Source: Chloroflexota bacterium (GTDB lineage: Bacteria; Chloroflexota; Anaerolineae; Anaerolineales; Villigracilaceae). Taken from it: a stretch of 64,000 nucleotides of DNA. A model generated the notes under the pieces. The model saw only the letters and a list, made by a program, of their open reading frames with translations. It was not told the DNA's origin and did no database searches. Shown piece after piece: positions 56,606-64,000 of this stretch (positions are counted from its first letter, which is position 1; every line of letters starts with the position of its first letter). The stretch is from NCBI GenBank assembly GCA_037445475.1, contig JBBIKK010000008.1, forward strand, positions 397-64,396, written 5' to 3'. The position numbers and the translations under genes were made by a program.

Positions 56606-57675
56606 GGCACCCCTTGCCTGCTCGCCCTGCCCTTCGCCGGCTCATCTGGCTGCTGCTGGGTACATCTCTGGTCAGTTGCGCCCCGCAAGCCGCCACACCC
56701 ACGCCACTGCTTGCGGGTCGGACGGAATCCGCCCCCCCGGTTCACAACGAAGCAGCGGTGCCCACGCCGCAACCTTTCCGCTTCGACCTGCCGCTGCCGG
56801 GCGCGCCGCCCATTTCCGGCTGGCGTCCGCCCCTGTACCCCATCCCCTGGGCCATCTCGCCCTACGACCACTTCTACTTCGCGCGTCCCATCGCCGCCGA
56901 TCAGGTCAACTGGCCGCTGGCCATCTACCGCTACGGCGGAATCTTCTTCGCCCCGAACATCGTCCACACCGGGGTGGACATCCCTGCCCCCGAAGGCACG
57001 CCCGTCCGCGCCGCCGGCCCCGGCACGGTGATATGGGCCGATTGGGGACTCTTCACCGAATCGCCCGGCAATCATGACGACCCCTATGGGCAGGCGGTGG
57101 TCATCCGCCATGACTTCGGCTACAAGGGCCAGCAACTATATACCGTCTACGCCCACATGAGCCAGATTCTGGCCGTCGTCGGGCAGCATGTGGAAACCGG
57201 CGATCTACTCGGCCGGGTGGGCGCGACCGGGGCCACCACCGGGCCACATCTGCACTTCGAGGTGCGCTTGCCGATCAATTCATTCCACCATACCTACAAC
57301 CCCGAGCTGTGGATCGCTCCCCCTGAGGGCTGGGGTGTGCTCGTGGCACGCCTGGCCAACGCCCGGGACGACACCCTGCAGCAACTCGAGGTCAGCGTCA
57401 CCAACCTGGAAAGCGAGGAGAAGTACCTCGTCAGAACCTACGGGCCGGGGCCGATCAACCGCGACCCGATCTTCCGCGAGAACCTGGTGCTGGGAGACCT
57501 GCCGGCCGGCCTGTACAAAATCACCTTCAATTACAGGGGGCGCGATCAACAGGAATGGGCGTCCATCTACCCCGGCCAGATCACCTACTTCACCTTTCGC
57601 GGCGCGCTGGGCTTCCAGATCGGCCTGCCGTCCGCGCCAGCGTTGGATTTTCTCCCTCCGGCGGCGGAACCATAG
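56602..57675 (+). CDS. M23-family (LytM) peptidase lipoprotein
   Basis: Lipobox LGTSLVSCA. Catalytic motifs HTGVDI and GPHLHFEV are intact. The GTG start overlaps the upstream stop (GTGA). Confidence 0.85.
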   Translation: MRHPLPARPALRRLIWLLLGTSLVSCAPQAATPTPLLAGRTESAPPVHNEAAVPTPQPFRFDLPLPGAPPISGWRPPLYPIPWAISPYDHFYFARPIAADQVNWPLAIYRYGGIFFAPNIVHTGVDIPAPEGTPVRAAGPGTVIWADWGLFTESPGNHDDPYGQAVVIRHDFGYKGQQLYTVYAHMSQILAVVGQHVETGDLLGRVGATGATTGPHLHFEVRLPINSFHHTYNPELWIAPPEGWGVLVARLANARDDTLQQLEVSVTNLESEEKYLVRTYGPGPINRDPIFRENLVLGDLPAGLYKITFNYRGRDQQEWASIYPGQITYFTFRGALGFQIGLPSAPALDFLPPAAEP

Positions 57676-57952
57676 CGTGGCTGGCCGCGCTGACAGGCTC
57701 GCTTCGCCCGGCAGGCAACCGGCCGCGAACCTCTATGGCCACCTTCAAAGCCGTCCGCGGCCGAAATCCTCCAATTGTCAGCCAAAATTGTCCAAAATAT
57801 GACAACTCGCACACGAATTCATGTCATATATAACTAACCGCCCTGCCTGGTGAGAGATACACTTACGCCATGAGCTTGTCTGTGTGTTTTTCAGGCACCC
57901 AGAGCGTGGTGTCTGCGAAGCGTTTAACCGTTTTTTGCTCAGGAGATAGAAC

Positions 57953-60900
57953 ATGAAGCAGCCGTCCAGCATCATGATCGATGGCAACGAGGCCGCCGCC
58001 CGCGTTGCCTACCGCCTCAACGAGGTGATTGCCATCTACCCCATCACCCCTTCCTCTCCCATGGGCGAATTTGCCGATGAATGGGCAGCCAGGGGCCAAA
58101 AGAATCTATGGGGCACGGTACCGACCGTGATCGAAATGCAATCGGAGGGCGGAGCGGCCGGCGCCGTGCACGGCGCGCTGCAAAGCGGCGCGCTCACCAC
58201 CACCTTCACCGCCTCGCAGGGACTGTTGCTGATGATTCCCAACATGTATAAGATCGCCGGCGAACTCACCAGCACCGTCTTCCATGTGGCCGCCCGCTCC
58301 ATCGCCGCCCACGCCCTCTCGATCTTCGGCGATCATCAGGATGTCATGGCCACGCGCCAGACCGGGTTTGCCTTGCTTGCCTCCGGGTCGGTGCAAGAGG
58401 CGCAAGATTTCGCGGCCATCGCTCAGGTGGCCACCCTCAAGAGTCGGGTGCCCTTCCTGCACTTCTTCGATGGCTTCCGCACCTCGCATGAGATCAATAA
58501 AATCGTCGCCCTCCGCGACGACGAACTCCGCCTCCTCCTGGACGAGGAACTGATTCGCGCCCATCGCGCACGCGCCCTCAACCCCGAGCGTCCCGTGTTG
58601 CGCGGCTCGGCCCAGAACCCGGATGTCTACTTCCAGGCGCGCGAGACGGTCAACCGCTTCTACGCCGCCACGCCGGCCATCGTACAAGAGACCATGCATG
58701 CCTTCGCAACCATCACCGGGCGCGCCTATCATCTCTTCGACTACGCCGGCCACCCCCAGGCAGAGCGCGTGGTGGTGATCATGGGCTCCGGCGGGGAAAC
58801 CGCCGAGGAGACCGTAAGTTACCTGCTCCAGCGCGGCGAAAAGGTGGGCGTCGTGCGCGTGCGGTTGTACCGCCCGTTCTCGGTCGAACATTTCGTGCGC
58901 GCCCTGCCTGCCACGGTGAGGGCCGTGGCCGTGCTGGACAGGACCAAGGAGCCCGGCGCGGCCGGAGAACCGCTGTACCTGGATGTCGTCAACGCCCTGG
59001 TGGAAGGCCAGCGCCCCGGCCTCAAAGTCATCGGCGGGCGCTACGGCCTGTCCTCCAAAGAGTTCACGCCCGCCATGGTCAAGGCTGTGCTCGACGAACT
59101 GGCCAGGCCCGAACCCAAGAATCACTTCACAGTCGGCATCCTGGATGATGTCACCCACACCAGTCTCGAGGTGGACGAATCCTTCTCCATAGAGCCCGAA
59201 GAGACCGTGCGTTGTGTATTCTTCGGCCTCGGCTCCGACGGCACGGTTGGGGCCAACAAGAACTCGATCAAGATCATCGGCGAGGAAACCGAAAACTACG
59301 CCCAGGGCTATTTCGTCTACGATTCCAAGAAGGCGGGGCAGATGACGATCTCCCACCTGCGCTTCGGGCGCAGGCCGATTCGTGCCCCCTACCTGATCGA
59401 ACCGAACCAGGCCAGTTTCGTGGCCTGCCATCAGTTCTCCTTCCTGGAACGCTTCGACATCCTGAAGTACGCCCGCCCCGGCGGCGTGTTCCTGCTCAAC
59501 AGCCTGCATGGCCCGGACGAAGTCTGGGATCATCTGCCGCGCGAGGTGCAGCAGGCCATTCACGAGAAGAAACTCCGCTTCTACGTCATCAACGCCTACG
59601 AGGTGGCCGAGAAGACCGGCATGGGCGGACGCATCAACACGATTATGCAGACCGCCTTCTTCGCCATCAGCGGCGTTCTGCCGCGCCCGCAAGCCATCGC
59701 CGAGATCAAGCGCGCCATCGAAAAAACCTACGGCAAGCGCGGCGAAGCGGTGGTGAAGAAGAACTTCGAAGCCGTAGATCAGACCCTGGAGAACCTCCAT
59801 GAAGTGCCGGTGCCGGCCAGGATCACGTCCACGATCACGCGCCGGCCTCCCGTCCCGCGCGAGGCGCCCGAGTTCGTGCGTCAGGTGCTGGGGCCGATGA
59901 TTGCCTTCGACGGCGATCGCCTTCCCGTCTCGGCTCTCCCGGTAGACGGCACCTTCCCCACCGCCACGGCCCAGTGGGAGAAGCGCAACCTGGCGCTCGA
60001 GATCCCGGTCTGGGAGCCCGATCTGTGCATCCAGTGTGGCAAGTGTGTGATCGTCTGCCCCCATGCCGTGATTCGCCACAAAGTGTATGATGAGGCCCTG
60101 CTGGAGGGCGCGCCGGAAGCATTCAAGCACATGCCGTCGAAGTTCAAGGAATTCTCGCAGGGCTACGCCTACACGGTGCAGGTCGCGCCAGAAGATTGCA
60201 CCGGCTGCACCCTGTGTGTGGAAGCCTGTCCGGCCAAGGATAAATCGCAGGCCGGGCGCAAGGCCTTGAACATGGCGCCCCAGCCGCCCCTCCGTGAGCA
60301 GGAAAAGCGAAACTGGGATTTCTTCCTGTCCCTCCCCGATGTGGAGCGAACACGCATCAACCCCTCTACGATCAAGAATTCGCAGTTGCTACGTCCGTTG
60401 TTCGAGTTCAGCGGGGCATGCGCCGGCTGCGGCGAGACGCCTTACATCAAGTTGGTCTCGCAGTTGTTCGGCGATCGCGCCATCATCGCCAATGCCACAG
60501 GCTGCTCCTCGATCTACGGCGGCAACCTGCCCACCACGCCCTGGGCGGTGGATGCGAACGGACGCGGGCCGGCCTGGTCGAACTCCCTCTTCGAGGACAA
60601 CGCCGAGTTCGGCCTGGGCATGCGCCTGGCACTCGACAAGCACAATCAATACGCCCGCGAGCTCCTGCCGTTGTTCGAGAAAGAACTGGGAAAGAGATTG
60701 ATCGAGGGGCTGCTCAACGCCGATCAGTCCACAGAAGCCGGGATCCAGGCCCAGCGCGAGCGCGTCGCCGAGCTCAAGCAGAAACTGCGGCAATCCAGCC
60801 ATCCCCGTGCGCAGGACCTGCTCAGCGTGGCCGATGCGCTGGTGAAGAAGTCGGTCTGGATCATCGGCGGCGACGGCTGGGCCTACGACATCGGCTACGG

Positions 60901-61522
60901 CGGCCTGGATCATGTGTTGGCTACGGGACGCAATGTCAACATCCTGGTGCTGGATACGGAGGTGTACTCCAACACCGGCGGACAGGCCAGCAAGGCCACG
61001 CCGCGCGCCGCGGTGGCCAAGTTCGCCATGGGCGGCAAGGCCCTGCCGAAGAAGGATTTGGGCCTGATCGCCATGTCTTATGGCTACGTCTACGTGGCGC
61101 GGGTCGCCCTGGGCGCCAACGATCAGCAAACTCTCAAGGCCTTCCTGGAGGCCGAATCCTACGATGGCCCATCCCTGATCATCGCCTACAGCCACTGCAT
61201 CGCGCATGGCTACGATATGGCCAGGGGGCTCGAGCAGCAGAAACTGGCCGTGCAATCAGGCTACTGGCCGCTCTATCGTTACGATCCCCGCCTGATCGAA
61301 AAGGGGCAGAACCCCCTGATCCTCGAATCGAAGGAGCCAAGCATCCCCATTGCCCAGTACGCCTACAACGAGACGCGCTACAAGATGCTCACCCAGATCG
61401 ACGAGGGACGCGCCGAGGAGCTGATCCGAGAAGCGCAGCACGACGCCCAATCTCGCTGGAGGCTCTACCAACAAATGGCAGCCATGCACTACGGCAACGA
61501 CAAGGAAAGGCCGTCCGGCTAA
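57953..61522 (+). CDS. nifJ: pyruvate:ferredoxin (flavodoxin) oxidoreductase, single-chain
   Basis: 1189 aa. Two 4Fe-4S ferredoxin motifs (CIQCGKCVIVCP, CTGCTLCVEACP), TPP-domain GGDGWAYDIG, and an N-terminal YPITPSS. AGGAGA SD upstream. Confidence 0.95.
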   Translation: MKQPSSIMIDGNEAAARVAYRLNEVIAIYPITPSSPMGEFADEWAARGQKNLWGTVPTVIEMQSEGGAAGAVHGALQSGALTTTFTASQGLLLMIPNMYKIAGELTSTVFHVAARSIAAHALSIFGDHQDVMATRQTGFALLASGSVQEAQDFAAIAQVATLKSRVPFLHFFDGFRTSHEINKIVALRDDELRLLLDEELIRAHRARALNPERPVLRGSAQNPDVYFQARETVNRFYAATPAIVQETMHAFATITGRAYHLFDYAGHPQAERVVVIMGSGGETAEETVSYLLQRGEKVGVVRVRLYRPFSVEHFVRALPATVRAVAVLDRTKEPGAAGEPLYLDVVNALVEGQRPGLKVIGGRYGLSSKEFTPAMVKAVLDELARPEPKNHFTVGILDDVTHTSLEVDESFSIEPEETVRCVFFGLGSDGTVGANKNSIKIIGEETENYAQGYFVYDSKKAGQMTISHLRFGRRPIRAPYLIEPNQASFVACHQFSFLERFDILKYARPGGVFLLNSLHGPDEVWDHLPREVQQAIHEKKLRFYVINAYEVAEKTGMGGRINTIMQTAFFAISGVLPRPQAIAEIKRAIEKTYGKRGEAVVKKNFEAVDQTLENLHEVPVPARITSTITRRPPVPREAPEFVRQVLGPMIAFDGDRLPVSALPVDGTFPTATAQWEKRNLALEIPVWEPDLCIQCGKCVIVCPHAVIRHKVYDEALLEGAPEAFKHMPSKFKEFSQGYAYTVQVAPEDCTGCTLCVEACPAKDKSQAGRKALNMAPQPPLREQEKRNWDFFLSLPDVERTRINPSTIKNSQLLRPLFEFSGACAGCGETPYIKLVSQLFGDRAIIANATGCSSIYGGNLPTTPWAVDANGRGPAWSNSLFEDNAEFGLGMRLALDKHNQYARELLPLFEKELGKRLIEGLLNADQSTEAGIQAQRERVAELKQKLRQSSHPRAQDLLSVADALVKKSVWIIGGDGWAYDIGYGGLDHVLATGRNVNILVLDTEVYSNTGGQASKATPRAAVAKFAMGGKALPKKDLGLIAMSYGYVYVARVALGANDQQTLKAFLEAESYDGPSLIIAYSHCIAHGYDMARGLEQQKLAVQSGYWPLYRYDPRLIEKGQNPLILESKEPSIPIAQYAYNETRYKMLTQIDEGRAEELIREAQHDAQSRWRLYQQMAAMHYGNDKERPSG

Positions 61523-61543
61523 CTCCAGAACCCGGAGGAGGGC

Positions 61544-62545
61544 ATGCCCGATCTATCCACCACCTACCTGGGCCTGCGATTGAAAAACCCGCTGGTCGCC
61601 TCGGCCTCGCCGCTCTCCAAAAACGTGGAGACCGTACAGCGCCTGGAAGAGGCCGGCATCGCCGCGCTCGTTATGTACTCCCTGTTCGAAGAACAGATCA
61701 TCCATGAGAGTCTGGAACTGGACCACTACCTGACGCGCGGCAGCGATTCGTTCGCCGAGGCCATGAGTTACCTCCCCGACGCCGGAGTCTACGCCCTGAC
61801 GCCGGAGAAATATCTCCATCACCTGACGGCGCTCAAGAAGACGGTCAACATTCCGGTGATCGGGAGCCTGAACGGAGTCTCCAAAGGCGGATGGACGCGC
61901 TACGCCCGCCTCATCCAGGAGGCCGGAGCGGACGCGCTGGAACTGAACCTCTACTACATCCCCACCGACCCCCTGCTGACGGCGCAGGAAATCGAGGCGG
62001 TGCAGGTGGATCTGGTGGCCAGCGTCAAGGCCTCGATTCGCATCCCCCTGGCCGTCAAACTGAGTCCGTTCTACACCGCCCTGCCCCACTTCACGCGCCG
62101 TCTGGTCGAAGCCGGTGCAGATGGGCTGGTGCTGTTCAACCGCTTCTATCAGCCCGAATTCGACATCGAGCAACTGGAGATCGTGCCCACGCTCGACTTC
62201 AGCCTCTCCGCCGACCTGCGCCTGCCTCTGCGTTGGGTGGCCATTCTGTATGGACACATCCAGGCCGACCTGGCGCTCAGCAGCGGCGTCCACACCTATC
62301 AAGGTGTGCTCAAGGCCATGATGGCCGGCGCCAGGGTGGCCATGCTGGCCTCCGAACTCCTGCTGCACGGCGTGGGGCGCGTGAGCGAACTCCTGAGCGA
62401 GTTGCAGGAATGGATGGAAGCACACGAATATCGTTCGATTGCCCAAATGCAGGGGAGCATGTGCCGGCGGGCTGTGAAGGACCCGGCCGCCTTTGAGCGC
62501 GCCAATTACATGAAGGTGCTGAGTTCGTGGCGCGATCTGCCCTGA
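61544..62545 (+). CDS. dihydroorotate-dehydrogenase-like (class 1 PyrD fold) protein
   Basis: TIM-barrel flavoenzyme motifs (LKNPLVASASPLS, ELNLYYIP, AVKLSPF, LVLFNR). Lies 21 nt downstream of nifJ. GGAGGAG SD upstream. Confidence 0.8.
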   Translation: MPDLSTTYLGLRLKNPLVASASPLSKNVETVQRLEEAGIAALVMYSLFEEQIIHESLELDHYLTRGSDSFAEAMSYLPDAGVYALTPEKYLHHLTALKKTVNIPVIGSLNGVSKGGWTRYARLIQEAGADALELNLYYIPTDPLLTAQEIEAVQVDLVASVKASIRIPLAVKLSPFYTALPHFTRRLVEAGADGLVLFNRFYQPEFDIEQLEIVPTLDFSLSADLRLPLRWVAILYGHIQADLALSSGVHTYQGVLKAMMAGARVAMLASELLLHGVGRVSELLSELQEWMEAHEYRSIAQMQGSMCRRAVKDPAAFERANYMKVLSSWRDLP

Positions 62546-62564
62546 GCCTCCTCGCCCCCGACCG

Positions 62565-62600
62565 AAAGAAAGCCCCTCGCCGCAAAGCGAAGGGCTTTTG
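62565..62600. terminator. bidirectional terminator between the DHOD-like gene (+) and infA (-)
   Basis: Stem GCCCCTCGC (62572-62580) / GCGAAGGGC (62587-62595), 8 of 9 bp. It is flanked by AAAGAAA on one side and TTTT on the other. Confidence 0.7.
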
Positions 62601-62624
62601 AAAAATAAGTGCAAGGGCAGAAGA

Positions 62625-62873
62625 TCACTCCTCGACCGGGATGGGCGCCGTCTTGCGCTGGCGAAAAGTGATGCGGGCACGCGTCAGATCATAGGGAGAC
62701 ATCTCCAGCGTGACCCGGTCCCCAAGCAGGATGCGAATGTAATTCTTGCGCATCTTGCCGGAAAGATAGGCCAGCACCTCGTGGCCATTATCCAGGCGCA
62801 CACGAAACTGTGTGCCCGGCAGGGCCTCCACCACGACGCCTTCCGCTCGAATTTTTTCTTCTTCCTTGGCCAT
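62625..62873 (-). CDS. infA: translation initiation factor IF-1
   Basis: [61 protein letters not shown]. Confidence 0.95.
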   Translation of the reverse strand: MAKEEEKIRAEGVVVEALPGTQFRVRLDNGHEVLAYLSGKMRKNYIRILLGDRVTLEMSPYDLTRARITFRQRKTAPIPVEE

Positions 62874-62889
62874 ACACTGCCTCCAAGCA

Positions 62890-63090
62890 TTACTCAGACT
62901 CTCGGGTAAGCATTCGCCGTTTGATGCGGCGAATGGCCTTTTTCTTCTCCATGCGGCGCTGCTCGCTCTTCGAGACGAACCAGCGCTTGCGCCGCACCGT
63001 GCTCAGGATGCCGCTCTTGACCACTTTCTTGCGAAAGCGCTTGAGCAGCGAATCCTGGGATTCGCCGTTGCGCAGAATCACGACTGTCAT
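62890..63090 (-). CDS. rpsU: 30S ribosomal protein S21
   Basis: [57 protein letters not shown] upstream. Track ORF trimmed. Confidence 0.9.
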   Translation of the reverse strand: MTVVILRNGESQDSLLKRFRKKVVKSGILSTVRRKRWFVSKSEQRRMEKKKAIRRIKRRMLTRESE

Positions 63091-63126
63091 TTCCGCTTCA
63101 CCTCCTTTCACAGGCAAAATCGGGTC

Positions 63127-63161
63127 AAAAAAAAACCTCCGCCGAGCAGACTCGGCCGAGG
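63127..63161 (-). terminator. strong rho-independent terminator downstream of 5S rRNA and upstream of rpsU
   Basis: Minus strand reads CCTCGGCCGAG-TCTG-CTCGGCGGAGG (10 of 11 bp) followed by T9. Confidence 0.8.
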
Positions 63162-63323
63162 GTCATGTGAAAGCGAGTCAACGAATCCGATCTGGCGATC
63201 AATCAGCGGTCCACAACTCCTCGAATGTCGATCGGAAAGAACAACCTCTCACGGCCGAATCAACGAGTTTATTATACACAATTCGGGCATGCTTGAAAAG
63301 GTCTGGGAAGAACAAGAAAAGTC

Positions 63324-63442
63324 CCTTGGCAATGACCTACTCTCCCAGGAGGTCGCCCTCCAAGTACCATCGGCGCTGACAGGCTTAACTTCCGGGTTCG
63401 GGATGGGACCGGGTGTACCCCTGTCGCTCCAATCACCAAGGG
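63324..63442 (-). rRNA. rrf: 5S ribosomal RNA
   Basis: Reverse complement reads CCTTGGTGATTGGAGCGACAGGGGTACACCCGGTCCCATCCCGAACCCGGAAGTTAAGCCTGTCAGCGCCGATGGTACTTGG...GGGAGAGTAGGTCATTGCCAAGG. The terminal helix and loop motifs are canonical. Confidence 0.9.
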
Positions 63443-63582
63443 ACATTTTCACGAGGTTTTTTGACTGAATAGCACTTCTGATGTAGGAGATGGCTTCGGG
63501 CATGGTCTCGATGTGCCGCTTTGCGGCTACTCGGCCAGCGCGCCTCGCCATATCGAAAAGTATCAAGTTCTCCGCACCACGG

Positions 63583-64000
<418 letters not shown>

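Noticed and set aside
58106-61707. 674-aa minus ORF (58106..60130), 288-aa minus ORF (60389..61255) and 429-aa plus alternate-frame ORF (60418..61707)
   Set aside because: All lie inside the 1189-aa PFOR gene, whose Fe-S and TPP motifs fix the true frame.

Overview
GC-rich bacterial chromosomal window. Multi-GAF sensor kinases, PT-rich linkers and the dcw gene order suggest a Chloroflexota-like organism, but that is inference only. I saw no transposase, integrase, CRISPR array, tRNA or recognisable defence gene. Layout: (1) 1-4.3 kb: a partial membrane-protein gene, an M29 aminopeptidase, a GNAT-like gene and a ThrC-family gene. (2) 4.6-22.9 kb: an uninterrupted minus-strand signalling cluster with three large GAF/PAS histidine kinases, five receiver domains, two output-less HAMP-GAF proteins and an orphan PhnD-like binding protein. 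One of its receiver domains is fused to a threonine-synthase-like PLP enzyme, and this fusion is my best candidate for something undescribed. (3) 23-36 kb: housekeeping and miscellaneous genes (csp, GH13-like protein, PIG-L deacetylase, greA, lysS, ECF sigma/anti-sigma/Nudix, ATP-grasp, galK, methyltransferase) with several unusual intergenic repeats. (4) 36.2-53.4 kb: a near-complete, translationally coupled dcw cluster (mraZ-rsmH-ftsL-ftsI-murF-mraY-murD-ftsW-murG-cvpA-like-murC-murB-ddl-ftsQ-ftsA-ftsZ). It lacks murE and has a textbook-looking MraZ operator. (5) 53.6-57.7 kb: small membrane proteins, a TolB-like beta-propeller lipoprotein and an M23 peptidase. (6) 57.9-62.5 kb: pyruvate:ferredoxin oxidoreductase plus a DHOD-like partner. 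(7) 62.6-64.0 kb: infA, rpsU, 5S rRNA and the 3' part of 23S rRNA on the minus strand. Many long ORFs in the six-frame track are antisense or alternate-frame artefacts of high GC, and I rejected them. Several track ORFs were trimmed to internal starts supported by SD motifs, stop/start overlaps or paralog alignment. All calls rest on reading the sequence and recalling family motifs; no searches were run.
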